Assembly: GCF_004010195.1 (NCBI RefSeq)
Contig: NW_025215368.1
Coordinates: forward strand, 68,601-107,062
Origin: Chiloscyllium plagiosum
Lineage: Eukaryota
Reading direction: 5' to 3'
DNA: 38,462 nt
Under the pieces are notes generated by a model. It was given only the letters and a program-made list of their open reading frames with translations. It searched no databases and was not told where the DNA came from. Positions 1-10,999 of the stretch are shown here, one piece after another. Each line of letters begins with the position of its first letter. The first letter of the stretch is position 1. Made by a program: the position numbers and the translations under genes.

Positions 1-835
1 CAGGTTACAGCGGGATATAGATAAGCTGCAGAACTGGGCAGAAAGGTGGCAAATGGAGTTCAATGTAGCTAAGTGTGAGGTGATTCACTTTGGTAAGAGT
101 AACAAAAAGACGGGATCCTGGGCTACTGGTCGGATTCTTGGTAGTGTGGATGAGCAGAGGGATCTTGGTGTCCATGTACACAGATCTCTGAAAGTTGCCA
201 CCCAGGTAAATAGTGCGGTGAAGAAGGCATATGGCGTACAGGCTTTTATTGGCAGAGGAATTGAGTTCCGGAGTTCTGAGGTCATGATGCAGTTGTCTCA
301 GACTCTGGTGCGGCCGCATCTGGAGTATTGTGTGCAGTTTTGGTCGCCATACTATAGGAAGGATGTGGAGGCACTGGAACGGGTGCAGAGGAGGTTTACC
401 AGGATGTTGCCTGGTATGGTAGGAAGATCGTATGAGGAAATCTGAGGCACTTGGGGCTGTTTTCATTGGAGAAAAGAAGGTTTAGGGGTGACTTGATAAT
501 GGTGTACAAGATGATTAGGGCTTTATATCGGGTTGACCATGAGAACCTTTTTCCACGTATGGAGTCAGCTATGACGAGGGGGCATAGCTTTAAATTAAGG
601 GGTGGTAGGTATAGGACAGATGTTAGGGGTAGGTTCTTTACTCAGCGAGTCGTGAGTTCATGGAATGCCCTGCCAAAAGCAGTGGTGGACTCTCCCTCTT
701 TATGGGCATTTAAACTGGCATTGGATAGGCATATGGAGGATAGTGAGCTAGTGGAGGTTAGGTGGGCTTGGATCGGCGCAACATCGAGGGCCAAAGGGCC
801 TGTACTGCGCTGCAATTTTCTATGTTTCTATGTTT
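1..835 (+). mobile_element. CR1 LINE, 3' part of ORF2 and 3' UTR; frameshifted, cut by window edge
   Basis: ORFs 53-445 and 451-879 read as the CR1 ORF2 C-terminus (FNVAKCEVIHFG, LVRPHLEYCVQFWSP, LERVQRRFTRM, RGHSFKL, FFTQRVV). Ends in the GGGCCAAAGGGCCTGT motif and a TTCTATGT-TTCTATGT tail (818-833). Confidence 0.95.
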
Positions 836-839
836 ATAT

Positions 840-1475
840 TAACTCAATTGTTTTTCCCGGAGTAGTAGAGGACATATAGTACATTCCATAGTGATATAAT
901 TGCTCCTTTTTATTTTGTTTTTATTTACTTATAATTGGATAACTTCACTTGAGGAAATTCCGCATCTTTGATCATTTTGTACTCGTGGAAATTTATCACT
1001 GATCGATATTATGACTTGCTCTACGATTTTTACTGCTTCTCTGTATCGCTTGAAGCCTGTACATTCTAGAAAATTGACCTACCTATCACTCTGCTTGCCT
1101 CCAGTGACATTAATGACGTCAATCCCTGTCTCTTAACTTGTGATATCAAATCCTTCGTCCTTGTTCTTCAGACCCCTTGCTTGAAAATATGCATCAGTCA
1201 ATCTTAACAATTTCAATTCCGCTTCACCGTTACTGGCTTTCTACTTATTAGAACCTCCTAATGTATTTCCGGACTATCTTTTCTCGATCTTACTCTGTAT
1301 CTCCCCCTGATGACTCATCCCTCGGGATACCTCCCCCCTACACACTTAGTTTAATCCTGCCCCAACAGAATGAGCAATCATTGCCGGAGGGATTCAGTTC
1401 TCATTCTGCTTAAGGTGCAACTAGTATGGCTTTGTTACTACCCGACCAACAATTGTCACAATATCCCAGAAAGCA
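840..1475 (-). mobile_element. Old CR1 remnant (end of ORF1 and start of ORF2 region)
   Basis: 1330-1470 resembles the reverse complement of the elasmobranch CR1 ORF1 end (...TTGCACCTTAA...TGTTGGGGCAGGATTAAACTAAGT...GGGG). A similar segment lies on + at 27720-27930. Confidence 0.45.
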
Positions 1476-1589
1476 AATGCATCAAGATTAATTTTATGCA
1501 GACTAAAAACAAAAGTATGGTTTATTCTTATCGAGGTTTGCAAAACAATTTAAGAGAAATATAAATAAAATCCATGAGTGGTACTAAGA

Positions 1590-1840
1590 AATGCAAAGTA
1601 CTTGAGAGATAAGAAGGGGTTCAATGAGAATGGTCGGGGGAATATTCATCCTCGTAGAGAAGGAACCAACTGTAGAATCCTAAGAAAAAGGATTCTTGAA
1701 TGAGCATCAGAAAAAACCATAATATTCAAGTCTATGGATCACATGCTCAAAAGTGGGAAGAGTTGATAGACCGTAGTTTTGGCAGAGTAGCCTAGATGGT
1801 CCAAAGGCCTTATTATTTAGTGGGTGATTCTATGATTATG
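1590..1840 (+). mobile_element. Degenerate CR1 3' end
   Basis: GATGGTCCAAAGGCCT motif followed by a TTCTATGATTATG tail at 1828-1840. Confidence 0.45.
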
Positions 1841-1844
1841 TGCC

Positions 1845-2583
1845 TTATGACACGACGTAATCCTCCCCCCACCCCTTCGCCCCGCTAACTTAAACGAGCA
1901 GGATAGATAAGGTTTACCCCATGCGGTAATATGAAAATTTGAGATTCAAAGAACTATCCCAAAAGTCACTATTTAAAGTAAATATTAGCATCTTTGTTTA
2001 ATGTCTATCAGGGAATATTAACTAACAACTGATTACAACTCATTTATCTAACCCTATCGATTACCTTCCCCTCTACAATACTGGATGAAAAAACACCTGA
2101 TTAAGTTTGCTGAAACATCCAAAAAAATTCAAAAAACAGCCACTGTTGAATCTTCTCTTGGCATCTTCCTCTGTAGGTTTGCTCTCCGGGTCGGTGTCGA
2201 TCTTCTTTTACTGTGCAAACTCCTTCTCCAGACAGGTAACTCTCAGAGAGTTCTGATGAGCAGCCGACATTTATTAGTATTTTGGCAATTCTCTCTCAAC
2301 TGATCAAGTTTGTTTTTTCTCCTGGTTTTATACCCCAAAACATTGGATCGCTTCATGGATTTGATATTGTCAAAATACCAAATTCAAATTTGATTAGAAT
2401 GTGATGTCTTGGGGCACAATGTAAACTGGTTGAATTTGCATTTGCTTTTGTCTCACAGCAGCTCAGCCAGTGCTAGCTGTTCTGAACAAGCGTTACATTG
2501 TAATCTTGTTCTGGGCTCTGTGCCTCTCTATTTTTTGCGAGCTTTCAACGATCTTAAAGTTACAGCACCCCTTACGTCATTAA
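1845..2583 (-). mobile_element. Putative solo LTR of an LTR retrotransposon
   Basis: About 740 bp non-coding block with imperfect terminal inverted repeats (TTATGAC 1845-1851, GTCATTAA 2576-2583). The minus strand carries CCAAT (2346-2342), TATAAAA (2332-2326) and AATAAA (2275-2270) in LTR-like order. No clear TSD. Confidence 0.4.
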
Positions 2584-3452
2584 TGATTGCAAAAGAATAA
2601 AAATCGTTACAAGTCAATTATTTTTTCAGAAATGTGGAAAACCACAATTTTACTCGTTGAAATCACAGAAACCCAAGCTCACACGGAAGTTATGTATCAT
2701 GCATCATATTTAATATAGCACATAATTTATTCAACATGTAATACATATCACACAGTTTACATTACAACATCTTGCAAAGGTGGCCAGCATCTTGGAACAG
2801 CACACTCCGTTTCAGTGATGTTGTGAATAAAATATATCAAGTTGCATTTCAGCTTGAATTCCCCATTAGAACTGGAAAATGATTGAGGTGTCCCTTTTTT
2901 AAAAGTGGAAATGGAGGCACGAAGAAACTAGTAGAACAAAGGCAAGAAAAGGGCACAAGGCTCTGGTAGGAAGAATGTTGCTGGTGATTATGTGTAGTGA
3001 GGGATGAAAACACAACAAAAATATCTGGACAAAGTAATATTCTCTGGAATAGATTGCAGGATTCTTTCATGGAACTACTAAAGAGTGAAGTTAAATTTGC
3101 TACGTCCAGTGATCATCTGTGTCACAGGGGAACTTGTCTCATAAGATTCTTCTTATCGAGAAAATGGAATCATTACATCTGTATCATTAATGCACATCAG
3201 AATTGAAGTATGCATACAGTGTGCATTATGAGACTTGACAATCCAAAAATCCAGTTTCAAAAACACATTTTTTATTACCTTTGGTTTTCTACAAATACCA
3301 TGTAGTCACTTGGCAACAATTCCTCTTTGGTCAACATAGAGCTCCGTTTCATCAAAGTTTTCGTCATTTCATTCCCACCAAAATTTGTAAGTTCTGAAAC
3401 AAAACAACAGATCCATGGCCTATAACACAGGAGAATATAAAGCTTCGAACTT

Positions 3453-3756
3453 GGGCTGGCATGATGGGTCAGGTATTAGCATTGCTACGTCACAGTGCCA
3501 GGCAGCTGTGTTCAATTCCCGTCCCGGGAGACTATTTGTGTAGAGTTTACACATTCTTCCTGAGCCTTCAAGGTTTTCCTCCCGAAATCCAAAAGATGGG
3601 CAGACCAGGTGAATTGTCCATGCTAAATTACCCGTAGTGTGAGGTGCATTAGTCAGGATTAAATGAAGGGAAATGGGTCTGGGTGGGTTTCCCTTTGGAG
3701 GGTTGCTGTGGGTTGTTGGGCCAAATGGCCTGTTTCCGCACTGCATTGAATCTAAT
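3453..3756 (+). mobile_element. HE1-type SINE (tRNA head, V-domain, CR1-like tail), diverged
   Basis: B-box-like GTTCAATTCC, TGTGTAGAGTTTACACATTCT, CCATGCTAAATT and GGGCCAAATGGCCTGTTTCC. Aligns by eye with the copy at 17437-17727. Confidence 0.85.
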
Positions 3757-3764
3757 GTACAAAA

Positions 3765-4003
3765 ACACATGAAGGCTCTTCAGCCCACTGTGTGGGTGCT
3801 GTCCATGTCGTCGTAATAAACATACACCATTTGTCTGCACATGGTCCATTTGTCAATCGGTGGCTTTTCATGCATCTATCTGAATGATTCTTTGGTGTCC
3901 CTATCGTATCCATTTTTAACATTTACCCTGACAGCACATTCCACGCCCTGCTCACGTGCTGTGTTAAAAGATTTTTTGTTGCAAATCCCCCTTGAACACT
4001 TTA

Positions 4004-4044
<41 letters not shown>

Positions 4045-4450
4045 TATGCAACCTATTATGTGACATTTCTACCCCGGGATAAAGGCTCTGACTATCGAAC
4101 CTATGAATTAATCCCATCATTTTGCAATTCTATCAGGGTTTCCCTTGGCCTCTGAACCCTCTTGAGGTCATTAATCCAAGTCCATCCCTCTTCTACTGAC
4201 AACTAATGGATTCCAATCCATGAAATATCCAGGTAAACCTCTTTTGCACGCTTTACAAAGACTTCATTCCTTTCCTATATTTGCAAACAGAACTGCAAGC
4301 AATACTCCAATGAGGGTCAAATCTTACATGCTTACAATATTACTGGACAATTATCGCAGTTAACGATCATACCGATGTCAAAAAGCATAGCATTTTCCTT
4401 CTTTACCACCTTATGCACTTTTTTTTGTCACTTTCGGGTACAAATGGTAT
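3765..4450 (-). mobile_element. Degenerate CR1 3' fragment
   Basis: Reverse-complement remnants of the ERVQKRFT and LEYC regions (4230-4310) and a 3' UTR-like GAAGGCTCTTCAGCCCA near 3770. Confidence 0.55.
4005..4044. repeat. C40 homopolymer
   Basis: 40 consecutive C, counted directly. Confidence 0.95.
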
Positions 4451-5813
4451 TTATCCCATTTAATACTTCATCGAAAATGAAAAAGAAATCTGAAGTAAGT
4501 TTGGAAAGTGTCAAATTGAATTCAATAAAATCTACAATTAAGTTTAGATTTAATTAAAATTAAACTAGTTTGATGGATATCATGTAACTATTTAAACCGC
4601 TGAAAATAACATCTAGTTTACGAACATGCTTCTTCGAAGGAAATTTGCCTCTCTTACCGGGCGTGGTCTACATGTCATTGAAGAGATATAAACAGTCCGG
4701 TTGATTCTGAAATTGTCTTTGAAGCAGCTTCGGAAGCCAGTCATGTGTGTAGACAATTGTGAAGTATAATAAGTTTTTAATTACTCATTGAGAATTAAAT
4801 TATTCATTTCTAGTGTGTGATAATGTATTCTTTTGTCGTGTGACAATTATTTGAAAATGATCACCTCTAATCTGGAAGTTGTGCAGCTCATTAAGCACGC
4901 AGACATGATTGATTTGGGTTCTGAGATTTCACTAATATCGTACAACCTTTGAACATCATTGGTCGAGGTGGACAAATGTGATAATTCCACATTTATTAAG
5001 ATGTAATGCATCACTTGGTATGGTTGGACTGAGCACATTGGGCTGAGTAACACCTGAATTGGCAAGGTGTGATAAGTGTACATCCCTATCAAACATAACA
5101 ATCTTGTATGATTCCTGCTTTGACAGTCCTGAGACTTCCCACTGGCTGCAATTAATTTCAGATGTATTTGGATTCTTCGATGTTGTGATTATTCAATAGC
5201 TTACTCCAGGTCAGGGGTAGTTAGCCACAGTATGTGCATTTCCTGATCTCGCTCATCCATATGAGTCAAATGGAACAGAATTTGTTCCTTTCAGCAAGTT
5301 CTGCAGAAATTGAGCATAGTTGAGAGGATGGTACGTCACATCAGTTTTGCTGAGACCTCCTGTCATGTTACTAATGGGAAATAATTAGACAAACTGATCT
5401 TGTCACGTTCTTTGTCAAGTAATTGTCATCTTTCCCCAACAATGCATTGTTGCAGACTTGGTCAGTATTCAAGTCACCCTGAACAATATTTTAGACAATG
5501 GGATTGATTCAAGTTGCTGCTGTCAGGTCTAACGCCACTGGAAGATTGATCTCTGCATGAGATGACATGCCTGCACTATTTATAACGTCTGGATTTGCAC
5601 AAGCTGTTCGGAGGACTGGGTTCTGTTTTTTGGATGATATTAATCAATATATATTAGATTGACGGACTGGGCATTCAACTTACAATATGATGTGTTGGGG
5701 TCATTTGTGTTAATTGTACTTATTTCAAAAGTCGAATAGGCTGTATTGTTTGCAACATGTGCTTCTTGGAACTGAAGTTCATTTGAAATGTTTTATTGCC
5801 TCGAACCTCCGTC

Positions 5814-6130
5814 GAATCCCTGCACTGTGGAAACAGGTCATTTGGCCCAAAACGACCATCTGGAGGGTATTCCACTCAAACCCATTTCCCGACTCCATTT
5901 ATCTACATTTCCCCTAATGCATCTCACCTACACATCCCTGAACACTATTGGAAATTAATCTGATCTGCACATCTTTGTGTTGTGGTAGGAGATTGGAGCA
6001 CATAGAGGAATCCTATACAAACACAGGGAGAATGTGCAAACACCACACAGACAGTCGGCCGAGGCTGGAATCGAATCTGATCCCTTGTGCTGTGAGGCAG
6101 CAATGCTCACCACTGAGGCACCATGCTGCA
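5814..6130 (-). mobile_element. HE1-type SINE, antisense, internally deleted
   Basis: Reverse complement of the SINE head (CACCACTGAGGCACCATGCTGC; GGAATCGAATC), GGGAGAATGTGCAAAC and the tail GTGGAAACAGGTCATTTGGCCC. Confidence 0.85.
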
Positions 6131-6502
6131 TGAGGTAGAGATACTGAATGAATTGATGTCATTGAAGTCGATTCAGATTTTCAATTGAATGTCTGTTTCT
6201 GTGTGTGCATATGGAGAGTGTTTGTTTTGTGTGGTTGCAATTATCTTGCACATTTGTGAAAATTGCTGACTCAGAGGACAAATTGCTGGAATGAACAGAA
6301 CTTGACAGGCCTGGAGACAGTGTTTAAATATAGGTTTGTGAAATTGCGAAATAATTCCACCCGTCCACACAAATTGTGAAGGCAGGCTGATTGTAAATAT
6401 ATTCATATCAAAGAGGAGGTTTCATGTACTTTATAAATCTGGGATATGAAGCAGGCATCAGTAATATTGATGACAATGGTATTATGGAATAAACATCGAT
6501 TT

Positions 6503-6635
6503 ACAAAACTGCGGATGCTGTGAATCAGAAACAAGAAGCACAGATATTGCTGGAAAGGCTCAGCAGATCTGGCAGCATTTGTGGAGAGAAATCAGGTTTG
6601 ACATTTCGTGTCAACTGACGCTTCCTCAGAACTGT
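6503..6635 (-). mobile_element. Penelope-like terminal-repeat fragment with hammerhead-like core
   Basis: CTGCGGATGCTG...GCTGGAAAGGCTCAGCAGATCTGGCAGCAT. The minus strand reads CTGAGGA-A-GCGTC-AGTT-GACAC-GAAATGTC. Confidence 0.65.
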
Positions 6636-7039
6636 TGACTCCTAGGTCGTCTTAGATGCAGAAGATAGTCTGAGGAAGGGGGTAAGGAGTAAGGGAATAT
6701 AATCCGAAGAAAGTGAAGGAATGCTGCACAAATTGATATGGCCCAGGAAAGTGACTTGCAAATTTACACACCTGCCTCACCAGGTCAATCAAACAATTCT
6801 GATAGATGTTGAAAATGTTCTTTGCTTGTGTGATTAATGATCATCAGGTCGTCCATATACACCAGACAACCGAGTAATCCAGAAACAACTTCCTCAGCAA
6901 GTCTTTAAATTGTGGCTGAGTCAATTTTCATGCAAGATGGTATGTCTTTAGATTGGTATAGTCCGTTATATGCCACAAATGCCAAATTGTCTTTTCTCTT
7001 TAAGACGAAGGTACCTGACAGTACCCACTGAGTATGTCC

Positions 7040-9115
7040 AGATTGTGTTGCCGATAGAATGAAGAGAGGAAGTATTGCGAATTAAATGTCGTTAGTCATC
7101 TAGGATTAAGGAAGATTAAGGCCAAGAAATAGAAGCATTTTATTGTTTTGGATTGTGCAAAGACGCCGTTGAATTTTTCTGTTACCTTCATTATGTACCA
7201 AGAAAGCCATAGGTAGAAATAAAATCATAGCCTTTGATGTCAATTCCCATATTTCAATAACCTTTAGACGGGTTGTAATATATTGTGTACGTCCCCGAAC
7301 TAAAAACAAAAGTGGGAACCATTTTTTTTCTAATTGTAATGGGTGTGTCTACCAGGGTTCCAGAGACAATCCCACGATGGAATGTCAGGGCATAAAGGTT
7401 GTGGCGGAGCTGCTTGCTTTACATAGGAAGATTCAGTCAGACTAAAAGTTCAATTTTACTGCCGAATTATTCAAGGCGGTTATGGACAGTTCAGGCATCA
7501 GTCACTTTACGTCAAGTGTGCACCACCCTGAATCTCAGGGAGTATTATAAAGATGGCAGCAGGCGCCAATGCTCACTTGAGCACTTATTGCCAGGATTAC
7601 CCAAATGATCCTATTTATATTATTTACTATTAGGGATGCTTCACATGAGGGGACTCCGTTTACACCACTCGAATTGGCATTCAGACAGAAGCAAGAGGGC
7701 ATTTAAAATTAAATATGGAAAAGTTGGCAGGTCCGAAGTCAGATTGTTTGAGGTTCGATTACATTTCTGAGGTGATATAAAGATTCAAAAGAGTCTATGA
7801 ATTAGCTAGACAACATTGGACGCTGAAGAGAAAATGAGGTCTGCAGATGCTGGAGATCAGAGACGGAAACGTGTTGCTGGAGAAGCGCAGCAGGTCAGGC
7901 AACATCTAGGGAACAGGAGAATCGACGTTTCGGGCACAGCACCGAATGAAGCACGAAGCAGATAACAAATCTAAAATCCGTATGTTTGACGATGAAGATA
8001 AATAATTTGTGCTGTGAGCAGTGGTAGGAGATTCTTTCAGAGCAAGATTTAATTATCCCTATCAGATTGAGAAGAATTTAACTCAGATGAATTATCTGAT
8101 AAAGATACCAAATAGGAAAAAAGACTTTCAAGGATATTGTTTGAGCATGGTGGAATTGTACTATGGTAGGGAAAAGGAATCAGGGAAGCAGGTATTGTTT
8201 CCTGCACTCAATGTGAGTAATCAAGTCGTGATGATTTGGATTTTGATGTGCCACAGAAAAAGGTTGAAGGATGAAGAAGTCCTTAGGGAATTGGATAGGG
8301 TAGAGCTCTATCTGTCCCAGGAGAAGAGAACTATATTGAATGATTTTTGTTACCGTGCTATGGGCACCTATGCAGAAATGGAAGAGGGAGGACTATGGCC
8401 ATAGTCGATGAGGCTGACAAAGGGATAAAACAACATTCGTACAGGTTCAATCTTTTGAAATAAACGCAGCTTCAGAAGGAAGTGGAAGTTCATTGGGATG
8501 AATTAAAGCAAATGTAGTTTGCCAAACCTGTTTACGAAATTTGAAGTTACTGAACTATTCTGGAATGACTATCTGTAGATCAACGCTATGACTAAATCTG
8601 ACTCACAATCAATTCCCAAACTGAAGATTTGTGTGGATAAATCTGGACATGACATCACAAAGTTAGACTTCTTTTGTGATTAGAGTCAAAGTCAGAGAGA
8701 ACAAAAGATGTTTCTGCTTTTGTGATCCCAAACGGGCTATGTTAATTTAAAGTAATGCCCTTTGAAATTAAAACTGCAACAGCTACATTTCAAAGTCTTG
8801 TGAACAGACCTGTTGTAGAGTTGACCAATTGTGCTGACTTAGTGATATTTAGCAATTCGTGGAAATATCACATGGAAAATTTGGTAGAGTTCTTTGAAAG
8901 ACTATGGCAGGGGACGTTGATCATAAACTTGCAAAAGGAGGAATTGTGAAGGTGGAAATGGCATTCTTCGGGCACAGCAACGGAAGTGGGTGATAACACT
9001 GAGGAAAATGAAGGTGAAGGCCATCGATGAATTGCCAAAACCATCCTCAAAGAAGGAAGTACTACGAGTTTTACAATTGAGCGGATTCTACAGGAAAGTT
9101 GTTCCAAACATTACT
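7040..9115 (+). mobile_element. Gypsy (Gmr1-clade) pol remnant with integrase upstream of RT; multiple stops and frameshifts
   Basis: Manual translation gives the integrase zinc-finger region (SHLGLRKIKAK), core (PFRRVVIYCV, STRVPETIP, IQSD, HPESQG), a GPY/F-like module (ORF 8021: RARFNYPYQIEKNL), then RT (VMPFEIKTATATFQ...DLVIFS; ORF 8755) with the YxDD motif deleted. Confidence 0.85.
7822..7940 (-). mobile_element. Penelope-like terminal-repeat fragment nested in the Gypsy integrase
   Basis: AAAATGAGGTCTGCAGATGCTGGAGATCAG...GAATCGACGTTTCGGGC interrupts the Gypsy frame (ARQHW.. / AQHRMKHEAD). Homologous to 20226-20315 and 30274-30483. Confidence 0.75.
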
Positions 9116-9789
9116 AAACTTTTAGTTCGTAGGTAGGGGGACAACCTCCACTTCATAATAACGTGGATTTCACTCCTGCATACATTACATCATCTGCGAC
9201 ATAGCTACCGTTGAATACAGCTGCAGCATCACTTTCGCGCTCTTATTAACAAAAGCAAATATACCATATGCCTTCTTAACGAGGTCACCCACCTGTTCTG
9301 ATCACAGACTTCTTATCCAGCACCATTCAAAGCAACGACGTTGACAATCTGGTAGCATAAGGGCTGTCTCAGGTTGAAACACTACTCTCTACAATTTCCC
9401 CACCACGCCAATATCTAAAACTTCCGTTATTCTCTTGAACTGTTTCCTGTATTCTGATTTGGTCTATCTTTGCTTGCAGTTGGGTTGCTGGTTCATCATC
9501 ATGCTTTGATATACATGGTGAACTGTAACCTTATGCTGGACCAGATAGCCTTATATTTATCTGTACAGTAACTGCAGAAGACAAGTTGGATTGATACATG
9601 TGCTAATCCATGTTTGTACTGGTCCAGGTTCTAATTAGCAAAATAGAAGGACTATACGAAATCCTCAGAGAAAGTTGGCAATACTTGCTTAATTGACTGC
9701 CAAGACTTTATACATAATATTGAGTAGTTGTTTATTTTGCATTTGAAGAAGATAATCTCATTTCAAACACAAAAGAATGCAAGCCCTCT

Positions 9790-10010
9790 TTCTCAGAACC
9801 ACTGTCTCACACACACAAATATGCACATGCACACATGTTTTCACACAAACTTTTTCAAACATTCTCATTGTATCGAATACACTAACTCAAAGTCACACAC
9901 GCAGTCTCCCTCGTTCTGTCTCACTCTCACACACAAATGTCGTCACATGCGTGCACTATCAGACATGCAGAAAGACCCGCTCACTCTCTCCCACAGTCAC
10001 TGACGCACAT
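9790..10010. repeat. Degenerate (CA)/(CT)-rich low-complexity tract
   Basis: Recurrent CACACA and CTCTCAC words. Confidence 0.7.
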
Positions 10011-10399
10011 GAGCAATTCCTGCCTGGCATACATACGCTGGTCTTTATCCAGACGTTCGTGTTTTCCTTTTAATACTTATATTTTGACTGTTCATGAAGA
10101 CTTAGGTGCAGCTACAGGTCTTTAAATAATTCTTTGCGGTTACAGGCATCTGGTCTGCTCTCTGTGTCGAACGAAGTCCAATTGATCAGTGAATTGAGAC
10201 AATTCGTGCACTCAATGTGCAATTCAATGACAATTTTCTGGAATAACGGGACTTTCATTTTCAAAGTTTCTCCCTCTGAGGGGTAACGCTACAGTACTTT
10301 ACTGAGGATTGTGGACTATCGTGGCTGTTCGGGCCCTGTGTCCTGTCAGCAGAGTCTTCAAATCTCTACCCTCAATCCATCACTTCTGGGCTTATTAGT

Positions 10400-10860
10400 T
10401 GAATGGACTTTCGCACAAATTGACAAAATATTTAATTTGTATGTTGATTCCCAGAATAGTGAGGGCTTTGTGGGAAATCATTGCAATTTGAGAAAAAAAA
10501 TGGTATGCCTACGTCATTTGAAATCCAATGAATGCAAATATAACCTGATGCAAAGTAGGTTAACACGTGAAGCACATAAATTATATCCTTCACTCTCAGA
10601 AGAGTGTTTTGGTGCTGAAAACAGTGCAAAATATAATTACTTGTCAGTGAATGCCTCAAGGCATAGAGAGAAAGGAGAGAACCAGGGCAAACCTATATCA
10701 ATTCTAGACAGGTTAAGTAAACTAATTATGGCAGGTGAATATTCGAAGCCAATGCAACACCAGAAGCTCTTCGACCTCTGAGAGAGGTTTACACCCTTGA
10801 TGAAAGTATAATCTCACCACCTGGAAAGGTATTCAAAGCTGATGCATTTGTAACTGCTTA
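10400..10860 (+). mobile_element. Gypsy (Gmr1-clade) gag remnant, SCAN-related capsid region
   Basis: LMQSRLTREAHKLYPSLSEE in ORF 10311. A shifted frame gives EPGQTYINSRQVK...LREVYTLDE. Both resemble recalled Gmr1-type gag (LLQSxLTGKAxEVYASLSEE...EPGQTYIEF...LREIILLEEF). Confidence 0.6.
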
Positions 10861-10999
10861 GCAGGAGAGTAACCCCCTGCTGGTTATGCGTTATTCTCTG
10901 AAACTAAATACTTTAGTTTCATGTCCAGCTCATAAATTGAAAACGAAGCTGGGTACAAACAGTGAATGATTGGCAGCTGGATTAACTGCAATACGAACG

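Noticed and set aside
5..466. 153-aa minus-strand ORF
   Set aside because: Antisense shadow of CR1 ORF2. The same applies to 34602-35048 and 37774-38148.
3841..4155. ORF with a polyproline tract
   Set aside because: Translation of the C40 homopolymer, with no other protein-like features.
4850..5700. Possible very old minus-strand Gypsy integrase
   Set aside because: Only a faint resemblance, with no motif I could translate convincingly.
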